DNA of 64,000 nucleotides from Nitrosopumilus sp. (GTDB taxonomy: Archaea; Thermoproteota; Nitrososphaeria; Nitrososphaerales; Nitrosopumilaceae), in the NCBI GenBank assembly GCA_965224195.1, contig OZ245040.1:32001-96000 (forward strand), written 5' to 3'. A program made the position numbers and the translations under genes. Shown one piece after another: positions 1 to 9,668 of this stretch (positions within the stretch are counted from its first letter, which is position 1; the number at the start of each line of letters is the position of its first letter). The notes beneath the pieces were generated by a model. The model had not been told where the DNA came from. It saw only the letters and a program-made list of their open reading frames with translations, and made no database searches.

Positions 1-681
1 TTAGGAATTGTTTAAATTTTTGATTAGCAATTTGGTCTTCTTCTTGAGTATTATTTTTAAAATCTACGCTAACTTCTAACACATAGCTTAATTTTCTAAG
101 CTCACCAGAAACTCCTCTATTATCTCCAACTAGACTTTCTTTGACAATTCTGAATCTATCCCCGCTTATTTTTACAAGTTTGATTTCATCTAATTCTTTT
201 TCTACATTCTTAGAACCAAAAGATAATCGAAATAACGGAGTAAAATAGTGAACTTGTAGAATTTCTGAATCTAAAAATTTAATGAAACTTTTAAAAGTTT
301 TTTTAAAAATGAAATCCACAAATTTAAAATTATCTGAATTTTTAACATAATTTTCTATAAAAGAATGAACCAATATTTCATCAGACAATCCTCGTTTTGA
401 AAATATTTTCGTATTAGAATATCCAGAAACAATATCCACAGCGTCATTAAAATCATTAATTTTTTCTATTTCTTGTTTGATCTCAGGTCTTGAGAAAAAT
501 TCTTCAAAGTTATTTTTTTTACTGTAGATTCTTTGTAAAATTTATTATCATCATTTTTGAATTCATAATATTTTTTAGATTTCTGCTTTAGTGGTTGTTT
601 TAACTTAATTTCATTAAGTATTTCAAGAGAATCTTTTACTACATAAGTTAAAAATTTTTTCAATTGTGTTTCTCTTGTCAT
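1..681 (-). pseudogene. Hypothetical protein, last visible gene of the dnd-associated operon; frameshifted at an A8 run and truncated by the window edge
   Basis: ORF 466..681 (MTRETQLKK...ESTVKK) switches frame at the A8 run (T8 at 513-520 on +). The other frame stays open to position 1 (NNFEEFFSRPEIKQEIEKINDF...KFKQFL). Its start overlaps the stop of the MBL gene. Confidence 0.65.
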
Positions 682-1790
682 GGTTTACAATTATCCATAT
701 AACATGCAATTCCAAATTCCTTGCTTATTGCATTTGCAAGTGATTTTGAATCTTCAGAATTTGCTCTTGTTCCATCCACAACAACCAATTTTGGATCTAT
801 CGTTTTCACATATTTTAAAATATTACCATAATCTGTATGTGCAGCTAGACAAGCGTAAATTTTTCCATTTTTGTCACTCCAAAAAGGACCATTTGTTTTA
901 TAATTCGGATTGACATCTGCTTGTATTATTTGGGATCGTTCTTGCTGCATTGAACCTTGACCAGGCCTTGCAAATCGAATATATGGTTTTTTTTCATCAT
1001 TGTATAATTCATTTAATCTACTATTTGTTGAAACCTCAATTTCTCTTATCTTTTGATCATAAGTGTACTTTATCGCGTTAGTTAGATCAACATCCTTTGG
1101 TTCTGCCAAAAAGGGAATATCTTCGGCAATGAATTCTCCATTTTCTGTTTTTTCTAATTGAGCCATAATATCTTGCATTGTACCTCGATTAGCTAGAATT
1201 TCCACAGAACAATTATTCTCAATTTGTTTACAAACCTCATCAAATATTCTTCTCATTATAGATTCTTTATCAGTGTCAAAATCATAAAGAGGAATTCCAT
1301 GAGTGCCATCCAATACAAGAACATCTGCTTTTGGTGTAGAAATTTCAGGAAATGAAAAATTTCCAGAGTAGAGAATTTTTTCACCAGTATCCTCCATTGT
1401 TACGAATACTTGGCTAGAACCACTAACATGATTTGCGTTGATTAATTCAATTATTTCCCCAGTATTGGTCGTAAATGGTAAATTATAGGATAATTTTTGA
1501 ATGGAAGGTCTTTCTGGAAATTTTTGTAATGCTTTAAGAGCATGATATGTGGGTTCTGTCAGTAGTATATTATGACAATTTCTCAAAGCACTTCCAAAAT
1601 TCCAAGTATGATCATCATGGAAATGAGTAAAAATAGCAGTAGTTTTTCCAGAAACATATCCATCACAAACTATAGAATTAGCAAGTAAAATTGCTTGATC
1701 TTTTGGAATTCCATTTTCTGTTCTATCACTCATTGGATTGCAATGGATCGATGCTAATGTAGATAAATTATTCATTTTGAAGTTCCTCAC
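678..1790 (-). CDS. MBL-fold metallohydrolase, beta-CASP/SNM1-like nuclease
   Basis: THFHDDH (HxHxDH), ANHVSGS (motif 3), YSGN (motif 4, Asp replaced by Asn), LVLDGTHG, and C-terminal AAHTD. The true start is probably near MNNLS or MSDRT. Confidence 0.8.
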   Translation of the reverse strand: MRNFKMNNLSTLASIHCNPMSDRTENGIPKDQAILLANSIVCDGYVSGKTTAIFTHFHDDHTWNFGSALRNCHNILLTEPTYHALKALQKFPERPSIQKLSYNLPFTTNTGEIIELINANHVSGSSQVFVTMEDTGEKILYSGNFSFPEISTPKADVLVLDGTHGIPLYDFDTDKESIMRRIFDEVCKQIENNCSVEILANRGTMQDIMAQLEKTENGEFIAEDIPFLAEPKDVDLTNAIKYTYDQKIREIEVSTNSRLNELYNDEKKPYIRFARPGQGSMQQERSQIIQADVNPNYKTNGPFWSDKNGKIYACLAAHTDYGNILKYVKTIDPKLVVVDGTRANSEDSKSLANAISKEFGIACYMDNCKP

Positions 1791-2565
1791 TTAAAATTTG
1801 ATTAAAGAAAGTAGTTACAGGAATTTTTTTAGATTTCCATTCATTCTCTAATTCTTTGAATTTATCTTCATCTAATGCAATCCAAACTAAATCATTTTTT
1901 GAAATTGAAACAGATTTTATCATATCTTTTTTTATTTTTCTTTCTAACAATTTTCTTAATAATTCTGAAGAACTTACTGTTTCATTAGATAATTTTTTCT
2001 TAAATTTTTCAAGGAACTCATCATCTGGAGAAATACCAATTTGCCAAATAAGCTCCATAACAGGTTTGATGGACATTACATGTTCTATAATATCCTGAAT
2101 AGGAGTTTCAGGGGATTTAGTTTTCCTATTAAGAATATCTTTTACATCCATTTTACGAATAGGTTTCTTAGTATCCAAACTTTTCAGAATTGTCTGTAAA
2201 AATATGTCTTGCTCATCTTTATTGGACAATTTTGCAATATCACATCCAATTGTCATTGCAATTTTTCCATCTTTAGAAATTCCCCATCCAAGTAAATATG
2301 CAGACCGCCTAGACAAATGTTGTAATTTTTCAAATAATCTGATTTGAGTAGTATCAGTAGGTTTATTCATTGTGGATTTTTTCTTTTTTTTTCCCAATCC
2401 TACTCTTTTTGATAATCCTTCCCACGAATCACCAGTTTCTTCCTTGAGTTTTAAAATTAGATCTGAGACTTCAATGGGTACAAAGGGTCTATCTGGATCA
2501 TGAGTCCCAATACTCAATAAAAGATCTGAGTATGTATCTAAGTCATCTAAAAGTTTGTCACTCAT
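1768..2565 (-). CDS. ParB-like HTH protein lacking the N-terminal ParB/CTPase domain
   Basis: PIEVSDLILKLKEETGDSWEGLSKRVGL...IRLFEKLQHLS...IAMTIGCDIAKL resembles the ParB central HTH region. The C-terminus (VWIALDEDKFKELENEWK...) looks RHH/dimerisation-like. Confidence 0.55.
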   Translation of the reverse strand: MSDKLLDDLDTYSDLLLSIGTHDPDRPFVPIEVSDLILKLKEETGDSWEGLSKRVGLGKKKKKSTMNKPTDTTQIRLFEKLQHLSRRSAYLLGWGISKDGKIAMTIGCDIAKLSNKDEQDIFLQTILKSLDTKKPIRKMDVKDILNRKTKSPETPIQDIIEHVMSIKPVMELIWQIGISPDDEFLEKFKKKLSNETVSSSELLRKLLERKIKKDMIKSVSISKNDLVWIALDEDKFKELENEWKSKKIPVTTFFNQILSEELQNE

Positions 2566-2573
2566 TTTAGATA

Positions 2574-3509
2574 CTAATCTTCTGAAGAATGACCGTCTCT
2601 AATGTTTAATCCATATTCAATCAATTCAGCTGCTTCCTCTGTTGGTTCATGTCCATTTGTTTCAGCGGCAATATCTAAACGATTAGCAATTTTTGCATCA
2701 AGAATTACAGGGTATTTTCTAGGAGTCATGATTTTAAGAGATTCTTCCTCAATCTTTGCTAAGGGTTGTTTAGGATTTTCTTCAGCTGCCTGTTTTAATT
2801 TTTTATATTCTTCCTGTGATTTCTTTTTCTTTTCTCCCAATTTCATTGCAAGATCATATACTTTTTGTTCAGGAACCTCACTATCTTGAGACCATGCTAA
2901 TGCATCAGCAGCCTCTACAGCTAAATTTACAGCTGTTTTAGGGGTTTTATGAATTGAACCCAAGTTTTCTTGAATAAATTTTGGGAGTCTTGCAAATTTG
3001 ACATACCTATTTACTAAAATTTTTGAAATTCCCGTCCTTTTGGCAACGATTGAAGGATCACTATATTTTTTGAAAAGAGAATCACAAGAATCAATAATAT
3101 CAGTCATTGTGTATGGAAGCTGTGTCAATCCTTCTCCAAGAGAAATTGCTTTTGCATCAACTTCATCATCCGGAGATTCTCTTACATGACATGGAATTTT
3201 ATCCCATCCTTCCCCAGGATTTTCTTCATTTAATTTTCTAAATGAATTCCATCTACGTTGACCAGCTAAAATTTCATATTGATTTTTGAAATCTTTTCGA
3301 GTTTCATATAATGGATGTTTGTCATCAATATCATTTACCGCAAAAACTACAATTGGTTCTAATAATCCATGCATTCCAATATGTTCTGAAAGAATAGATA
3401 ATTCTTCTTCATCAGTAGCATTTTCAACTCTAACATTGCTTAAACCAACGTATAATTTATCAAGTTCAATATAATCAAATTTTTTGAATTTATTAGAATT
3501 AGATGGCAA
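2574..3509 (-). CDS. ParB/RepB/Spo0J-family protein (ParB N-terminal domain plus HTH); no parA nearby
   Basis: NVR, LSEHIGMHGLLEPIVV, YEILAGQRRW (arginine patch), HTH IVAKRTGISKILVNRYVKFARLP; TTG start. Confidence 0.85.
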   Translation of the reverse strand: MPSNSNKFKKFDYIELDKLYVGLSNVRVENATDEEELSILSEHIGMHGLLEPIVVFAVNDIDDKHPLYETRKDFKNQYEILAGQRRWNSFRKLNEENPGEGWDKIPCHVRESPDDEVDAKAISLGEGLTQLPYTMTDIIDSCDSLFKKYSDPSIVAKRTGISKILVNRYVKFARLPKFIQENLGSIHKTPKTAVNLAVEAADALAWSQDSEVPEQKVYDLAMKLGEKKKKSQEEYKKLKQAAEENPKQPLAKIEEESLKIMTPRKYPVILDAKIANRLDIAAETNGHEPTEEAAELIEYGLNIRDGHSSED

Positions 3510-3547
3510 CTTACATGATATAGTAATATGTGTATATGAGCTTTATG

Positions 3548-4321
3548 CTAAAAAATCACAGATGCAATCAATGCAAAATCTATTAAAATTGAATATTTTT
3601 TATCTAGGTTTCCTCTAATTCTAATTTCTTCATTATGTGTAGTTTCATTTTCATCAATTAGGTTTTCAAGTGCAATTCCAGACTCACCCTTACTTCTCAA
3701 AATAGTAAATTTATTTTGAATTTCTTTTTTTCGTTTTGTGTACTCTAAACTAACATTATCTAATTCATCTTGTTTAAGATGATGTATATGATTTTTAAAA
3801 TCAAATATTTCAGATTTTAATAGATTTCGTTCTAAAAAGATTATAGATTCAACATAACAGTCATCAATATCATCAGGTACAATTTCTACATTCAAATTAT
3901 TACCATTAAAATTAATTTCAGAATCCTTAATCATTAGAATTTTTTTATTATTCACATTTACATCTACATGAATTAATTTTGTCCTAGATTCTATTGACTC
4001 AAAAACTACATAAAAATAAAATCGAATAATTTTTGAATTATATTTATCTGAATTTAATTTGGCAGTAAATACAGAACCAAAATCAATACATTTTTTTAGA
4101 ATGATCATTAGAATATTACTTCCAGGTGAAACTAATTGATATTCATTGGAATCGGAGAGGTTCGCATCAAAAGTGATTTTCAATGTGGTTGTTCCAAATA
4201 ATTTTAAATATTCTTGAGGAATTTCAATGTCAAATAATCCATTTTTTTCAATAACGTTCGCATTAATTTTAAAAAAATATCCTAAAACCAGTGCATTTAC
4301 TTGATTTTCAATCTGAGACAT
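3548..4321 (-). CDS. YqhG-like protein, partner of the upstream SNF2 helicase
   Basis: About 257 aa from ATG at 4321, overlapping the helicase stop. N-terminal YF..INANVIEK...LKITFD...LVSPGSNILMII resembles the Bacillus YqhG family as I recall it, and there is a C-terminal coiled coil. Confidence 0.55.
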   Translation of the reverse strand: MSQIENQVNALVLGYFFKINANVIEKNGLFDIEIPQEYLKLFGTTTLKITFDANLSDSNEYQLVSPGSNILMIILKKCIDFGSVFTAKLNSDKYNSKIIRFYFYVVFESIESRTKLIHVDVNVNNKKILMIKDSEINFNGNNLNVEIVPDDIDDCYVESIIFLERNLLKSEIFDFKNHIHHLKQDELDNVSLEYTKRKKEIQNKFTILRSKGESGIALENLIDENETTHNEEIRIRGNLDKKYSILIDFALIASVIF

Positions 4322-6071
4322 CGTCATTCCTAATTGGAGACAGTGAAAAATTCTCAAAAACTTCTTGATTAAACTGCTCTACAGCATTAGTTAGTTTGTC
4401 TTTTCTATTTTTGAGTTCACCCCCAAGAGCTGAAAATTTATTTTTTAATTCATTTTCATTTTTTGCAGTTATGTATTCTTTAAAAAAATGCGTTCCTGTT
4501 TTTTCATCAGTAACATCTTCAAACAACAAATCAAGTTGTCCAATTGCCATAGTGAATAATTTAATTTTTGTATAAAGTAGTTGCAGAATGTATGCATCTA
4601 TTGTATGTTCATAGGCATAATTGTATATGTTCACATCATTTTTCTGGCCAATTCTATGAACTCTTCCAACTCTTTGTTCCATTCTCATAGGATTCCAAGG
4701 GAGATCGTAATTTACCACATTATGGCAGAATTGAAAGTTCTGTCCTTCGCCTCCTGCGCCAGTTGAGATCATTATTTGTGATTTATTTCTAAATTTTTCA
4801 ACCGATTCAGCTCTTTCTGTAAGATTCATTTTGCCATTAAACAGAGTTATAGAATATCCATTTTCAGTTAACACTCTAGCCAAATAGTCTTGGGTTATAT
4901 GATATTCTGTAAAAATTAAAAATTTTGAGTCTTTGTCCTTGTTTATAACATCCAAAAGGTCGCTTATTTTGGTATCTATTTTTATTCTATTTGCAATTTC
5001 CATTAATTCATTATAATCATCATCATCAAAGAGACCCGACTTTCTCATCTTAAACAAAGCCTGTTTAGTGGATTCATTACTGCTAGATATCAGCCTTTGA
5101 ATTATCATAAGATATAGAATATCATATCCTGAATCATAGCATTCATGAACTTTGCTTGTAATTCTATCATACAAATCACGTTCATCATTTGTGGGTTTTA
5201 GGATTTTGGTGTAAGCAATTCTATCAGTAAAAGAAATGTATTTTTTTACTTGTTGTCTTGTAGTTCTGATAATTATTTTTGATAATTTTTTTTGTAATTC
5301 TTCTTTGAAAAAAGGATTCACTTTGCGCATTTGTTGATCATCAGCATATCGAGTTTTAAATTCAGATAGAGTCCCAAAAGTCCCAGGTTTTAGTAATTCA
5401 ACTAAATTATATAATTCTGAAAGATTATTTTGGATAGGTGTGGCAGAAAGAAATAGAGTAAATTTTCGAGACAGTTCTTTAAGTAACTTATGTTTTTGAG
5501 TAGAAGAATTTTTCATACTGTGAGCCTCATCAACAATTACCATATCCCAATCTCGTTGTGTTAAAAGTTCTTTTTTTGCAGGGGATGTTGCTGAACTATG
5601 TGAAAATATCAATAATTCATGACTAGCAGGATCTTTGAAATTAAGATCATCTTTTTGTATAAAATGAATATTGAATTTTGATTGTAATTCATCTTGCCAT
5701 TGATATACAAGAGAGGGTGGGACTAATATCAAAACACTTTTTGCAAGACCTGAAATTAAAAATTCTTTCAATATTATTCCAGCTTCCATTGTTTTTCCAA
5801 GACCAACTTCATCAGCCAATATAGCTGAGCCTCCAAACTCATTTTTCACCTTCATTGCTGCAAAAATCTGATGATCATACAATTCAATTGCCTTGTTTGA
5901 TTTTATTGAAGAAATAATGGATAATTTACTTTCTTTGATTTTGGATAACAGTTTAAATGCAGTAATTGTTAAATCAAATGTTTCTTTGTTATCAAATTGT
6001 AATTTTCGAAGTTTAGTCTTTACATTACTTCTGTCTGTGAATCTAATTTGGATGCTTTTAGATTCAGTCAT
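4308..6071 (-). CDS. SNF2/RapA-family helicase, YqhH-like
   Basis: LADEVGLGKT (motif I), DEAH (II), SATPIQN (III), GGEGQNFQ (V), YDLPWNPMRMEQRVGRVHRIGQ (VI). No fused PLD or nuclease domain. Confidence 0.9.
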   Translation of the reverse strand: MTESKSIQIRFTDRSNVKTKLRKLQFDNKETFDLTITAFKLLSKIKESKLSIISSIKSNKAIELYDHQIFAAMKVKNEFGGSAILADEVGLGKTMEAGIILKEFLISGLAKSVLILVPPSLVYQWQDELQSKFNIHFIQKDDLNFKDPASHELLIFSHSSATSPAKKELLTQRDWDMVIVDEAHSMKNSSTQKHKLLKELSRKFTLFLSATPIQNNLSELYNLVELLKPGTFGTLSEFKTRYADDQQMRKVNPFFKEELQKKLSKIIIRTTRQQVKKYISFTDRIAYTKILKPTNDERDLYDRITSKVHECYDSGYDILYLMIIQRLISSSNESTKQALFKMRKSGLFDDDDYNELMEIANRIKIDTKISDLLDVINKDKDSKFLIFTEYHITQDYLARVLTENGYSITLFNGKMNLTERAESVEKFRNKSQIMISTGAGGEGQNFQFCHNVVNYDLPWNPMRMEQRVGRVHRIGQKNDVNIYNYAYEHTIDAYILQLLYTKIKLFTMAIGQLDLLFEDVTDEKTGTHFFKEYITAKNENELKNKFSALGGELKNRKDKLTNAVEQFNQEVFENFSLSPIRNDDVSD

Positions 6072-6103
6072 AGTACAATATCATGATGTAATTATTTAAA
6101 TAG

Positions 6104-7267
6104 TCATACACTGATTTTTTCTAAATACTTTACAATGTTTGAAATTTGTTCCATAGTGAAATGTATTTCATCAAAACTATTGAATCTTCCAAAGCCAATC
6201 CTAATTGCATAGTGTGCAGTGTTCTCATCTAATCCTAATGCTAACAACACATGAGATGGTTCAACAATTTGAGTAGTGCATGCAGAACCAGCAGAAATTG
6301 CAATTTTTTTAGAAATGGAATTAATTATGGATTTGCTTTCTATTCCTGGAAAATATACATTCAGATTATGTGTTAATCTCTTGTCAGAATGCCCATTTAA
6401 TTTCCCGCCAATCTTTTCAAACTCTTTTAACATTATTTCAGACCATTGTCTAAATCTTTTATTTTCTACATCCATCTCTTTTTGAGCAATCTCTGCTGCT
6501 TTGCCAAATCCAACAATTCCAGGTACATTTAGAGTCCCTGAACGAATGTTTCTTTCTTGCCCACCACCATGGAATAATCCATCAGGCTTGATTCTAGGTT
6601 TTACACCTCGTACATACAATGCGCCAATTCCTTTAGGACCATACATTTTATGAGCAGAAAAGGACATCAAATCAATATTCATCGTATCTACATTCATTGG
6701 AATATGGCCTACTGCTTGTGCAGCATCAGTATGAAAAATTACATCATGTTCATGTGCAATTTTTCCAATTGCTTCAACTTCAGCAATTGTTCCAATCTCA
6801 TTGTTTGCAGTCATGATGCTAATCATTACAGTTTCATTTGTAATGGAATCTTCTAATTCTTTGAGATTAATTTCACCAAATTCATTTACTGGCAAGTATG
6901 TTACTTTTTTCCCCAAACTCTCCAAATGCTGTGCTGTATCTAATACTGCCTTGTGTTCTGTAACACAAGTAATCAAATGATTTCCTCTATCAGAATATTT
7001 TTGCATTGTACCAATCAATGCTATATTATCAGATTCAGTAGCCCCTGAAGTAAATACAATCTCATCATGTCGTGCACCAATTACATTTACAATTTTCTCT
7101 CGTGCATTCTCAACTGCAACTGATGCTTCATATCCAAATAGATGGTCTAAACTTGATGCATTACCAAACTTTTCAGTAAAGTATGGGAGCATTTCTTCCA
7201 AAACTCTAGGGTCAACTGGTGTTGTTGCATGATGATCTAGATAAATTGGAAATTTAATTTCACTCAA
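6104..7267 (-). CDS. dndA: Cysteine desulfurase (IscS-type) DndA
   Basis: YLDHHATTP, SGATESDN, SAHKMYGPKG (PLP Lys), SAGSAC (catalytic Cys); overlaps dndE. Confidence 0.88.
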   Translation of the reverse strand: MSEIKFPIYLDHHATTPVDPRVLEEMLPYFTEKFGNASSLDHLFGYEASVAVENAREKIVNVIGARHDEIVFTSGATESDNIALIGTMQKYSDRGNHLITCVTEHKAVLDTAQHLESLGKKVTYLPVNEFGEINLKELEDSITNETVMISIMTANNEIGTIAEVEAIGKIAHEHDVIFHTDAAQAVGHIPMNVDTMNIDLMSFSAHKMYGPKGIGALYVRGVKPRIKPDGLFHGGGQERNIRSGTLNVPGIVGFGKAAEIAQKEMDVENKRFRQWSEIMLKEFEKIGGKLNGHSDKRLTHNLNVYFPGIESKSIINSISKKIAISAGSACTTQIVEPSHVLLALGLDENTAHYAIRIGFGRFNSFDEIHFTMEQISNIVKYLEKISV

Positions 7268-7641
7268 TGTGCTCTCTCTACTTTAATCATTTCATAAAAA
7301 TCTGACAAGTCATGAATTCGTGCAAATAGCGCAATAGTTCCTCGATTCAAATGTGCCTTTAACATTTTGTTTAACATTTGTGGATCCATTGGTAGTTTGT
7401 CTGTTTTTAATCTCTGTATCATAAGTGCACGAAATACATCTTCATATTCTCCAAACAATACAGAAGGAGCAATTTCAGAACCTTTCTCATCAAATTCATT
7501 AGGATTTGGAACAGAGTGATCTTTTAGAGAAAGACAAAGGGAAAAGCGGGCCAAAAAATTAGGTGTTAATCCTGTTCTTTTTTTCATTATTCCAAGCAAG
7601 TTTTGTGAACGGAAACTCATCTTTATTCTACTAAATCGCAA
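7264..7641 (-). CDS. dndE: DNA sulfur modification protein DndE
   Basis: 125 aa with KRTGLTPNFLARFSLCLSL, LFGEY and AHLNRG; follows dndD. Confidence 0.9.
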   Translation of the reverse strand: MRFSRIKMSFRSQNLLGIMKKRTGLTPNFLARFSLCLSLKDHSVPNPNEFDEKGSEIAPSVLFGEYEDVFRALMIQRLKTDKLPMDPQMLNKMLKAHLNRGTIALFARIHDLSDFYEMIKVERAH

Positions 7642-9667
7642 CTACTTTTTCCCCTTCTTCATTCCAAAAGTAACCAGAATTCTTTTGAGTTTGTCCTTTT
7701 TCAGGCACAAATTCCATTGCATATGACCTATTCAGGTATGGTTTGAGTTTCTTGTAATGCTCAAATGTAATTTCAGTATCTGTTGAAAATATTGCCACTT
7801 GGTGTGATGCCAAGGGGAAGAATTTTTCAATCAAATTGACTCTATGGCCCTCATCTAGTCGTGCCAATGGAGTATCAATTAAGAAAGGTAATGGCTTTCC
7901 AGAAGTTTTTGCCAATGCCCATAAAATTGCTGTTGCAAACATTTGTTTTTCACCTTTAGACAACAAATCTTTTGGGAATGGATCATTGTTTTGTCTATAC
8001 AAAATTACTTCAAATGAATCCTTATCTACAGTTACTCTTTGAATGAATTCTTTTTTGTGCATTAGAATCCCTATTGCTTCAAGTAGGTATTTTTCTAATA
8101 ATTCTAGTTTCTTTACTTTTAGTCTCCCTACATATTCATCTAATACCAATTGAACTTTTTCTGTAAGGTCGGCTTGAGTTTGTGCCTTTTTATTTTTAAA
8201 TTGATGTGAAACTGTATCTCTAATTTTTACATTGATATGTCCCATTAAACTATCATTACTAACAAGTTGACTTTCCAAATGATCAATTTCTGCGTGTAAT
8301 GCACCTGATTCAGAATGTTTTTCATTTAGTTTTGCAATTAACGGTCCAATCTCATCATCAGATGGTGCACTAGTAATTGATGTTTCAAGCATTGCTATTT
8401 GCTCAGTTACTTCGATGAATTTCATCGTATCTTTTTCAAGTGTAGATGTCGCAGATGTATTTGCATCATCAATAATTTCCATAATTTTTGAAGCTTGAGG
8501 AATTGATAAATTGAATAGTCCTTTTTCTTCAATTTTCTTTGTAGTTGATTTTTGCAATGCAGATATCTTAGTTAAAATTTTTCCTTTCATCTCAGATTGT
8601 ATATCAAACTCTTTCCAAAATAGATCCTCTTTTAAATTGGAATTTATTTCAAAGAACTTTGATTTGAGAATTTTTTCTTCAAGGGATTGCTTTTGAATTT
8701 CCTCATCTAAATGAATTTGATTTTTTAATTTCTCCATTTCTTTTGGAATCAGGCTAAATGGCAAAACAGAACTACAGGTATCCTGAATCCTTTTACTGAT
8801 GTTATCTAGATTGAGTTTTTGTACTGCAAGAGAGGTTCTAGTTTGCTCTCTATTTTGAGCAAATTTTCCTCCAATTTTTGAAACTTGAGCCTCAAGACCA
8901 TTAATTTCTGTGCGTAAATTATCTAATTCAGACTGTTTTCGGGCAATTTTGTCACCATAGTGACTATTTTGCTCCAATACCTCGTCTTTCTCACGGGTAT
9001 ATTTTTCAAATTCAGTTTTGAGAAATTTGTCATCATTTGTCAGATTTCTCATTAAATTCACTTGTAAATCTTTTCGTAGTTGCTCTACAACATCTAAACC
9101 CAAGAGGGAACTAAAGGATGATTTTATCTCCAAACTTTCAGCCTCGTTTTCTGCAATCTCAACAATTCTTTCACCATCAAAAAAGAATAGTTTTGCAATT
9201 CCTTTTGGAATTAATTCTTCAATAAATGACTGCCAATGACTTTCTTCAACAGTGTTAAGTGATGCAAATACATCTTCAGATTCTAATCTCTTTTTGATAT
9301 GTAATTCTTCAATAATTTTTGCATCTTCTTTTCTCCAAGTTCTCTCCACTTGATAATTGATCTCATCTCCTTTATGGAAATATTTGAATTCAACTATAAT
9401 TGATGCAAAATCAGCAGATGTTGAACTTCCTAAATACCTGTGAATTTTTTTTGCAAGAAATTCATCATATGATTTTTTTGTGATTCTTTTTCCAAGTGTA
9501 GAGATTCCATAGAAACATAACATGATAGATTCAAACAGAGTAGTTTTTCCTGCACCGTTGCTTCCACCAATTAGTATGATTGGTTTATCAGAAGTACATA
9601 TAAAATCAAATTCATTTTTACCCCTATACACTCCATAATCTTGTAAAATAATTTTAGTTAGTAACAA
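7631..9667 (-). CDS. dndD: DNA sulfur modification protein DndD (SMC-like ABC ATPase)
   Basis: GSNGAGKTT Walker A, LFFFDGE, long coiled coil, LSKGEKQ, IDTPLARLD, STDTE. Confidence 0.93.
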   Translation of the reverse strand: MLLTKIILQDYGVYRGKNEFDFICTSDKPIILIGGSNGAGKTTLFESIMLCFYGISTLGKRITKKSYDEFLAKKIHRYLGSSTSADFASIIVEFKYFHKGDEINYQVERTWRKEDAKIIEELHIKKRLESEDVFASLNTVEESHWQSFIEELIPKGIAKLFFFDGERIVEIAENEAESLEIKSSFSSLLGLDVVEQLRKDLQVNLMRNLTNDDKFLKTEFEKYTREKDEVLEQNSHYGDKIARKQSELDNLRTEINGLEAQVSKIGGKFAQNREQTRTSLAVQKLNLDNISKRIQDTCSSVLPFSLIPKEMEKLKNQIHLDEEIQKQSLEEKILKSKFFEINSNLKEDLFWKEFDIQSEMKGKILTKISALQKSTTKKIEEKGLFNLSIPQASKIMEIIDDANTSATSTLEKDTMKFIEVTEQIAMLETSITSAPSDDEIGPLIAKLNEKHSESGALHAEIDHLESQLVSNDSLMGHINVKIRDTVSHQFKNKKAQTQADLTEKVQLVLDEYVGRLKVKKLELLEKYLLEAIGILMHKKEFIQRVTVDKDSFEVILYRQNNDPFPKDLLSKGEKQMFATAILWALAKTSGKPLPFLIDTPLARLDEGHRVNLIEKFFPLASHQVAIFSTDTEITFEHYKKLKPYLNRSYAMEFVPEKGQTQKNSGYFWNEEGEKVVAI

Positions 9668-9668
9668 T

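Noticed and set aside
2574-3509. Plasmid or chromosome partition locus
   Set aside because: No ParA/Walker ATPase, replication gene or parS-like repeat array is seen nearby.
4308-6071. Calling the helicase PbeA, DndH or DrmD
   Set aside because: No PLD or nuclease fusion, the size is that of a bare SNF2, and no recognisable pbeBCD, dndFG or drm partners are present.
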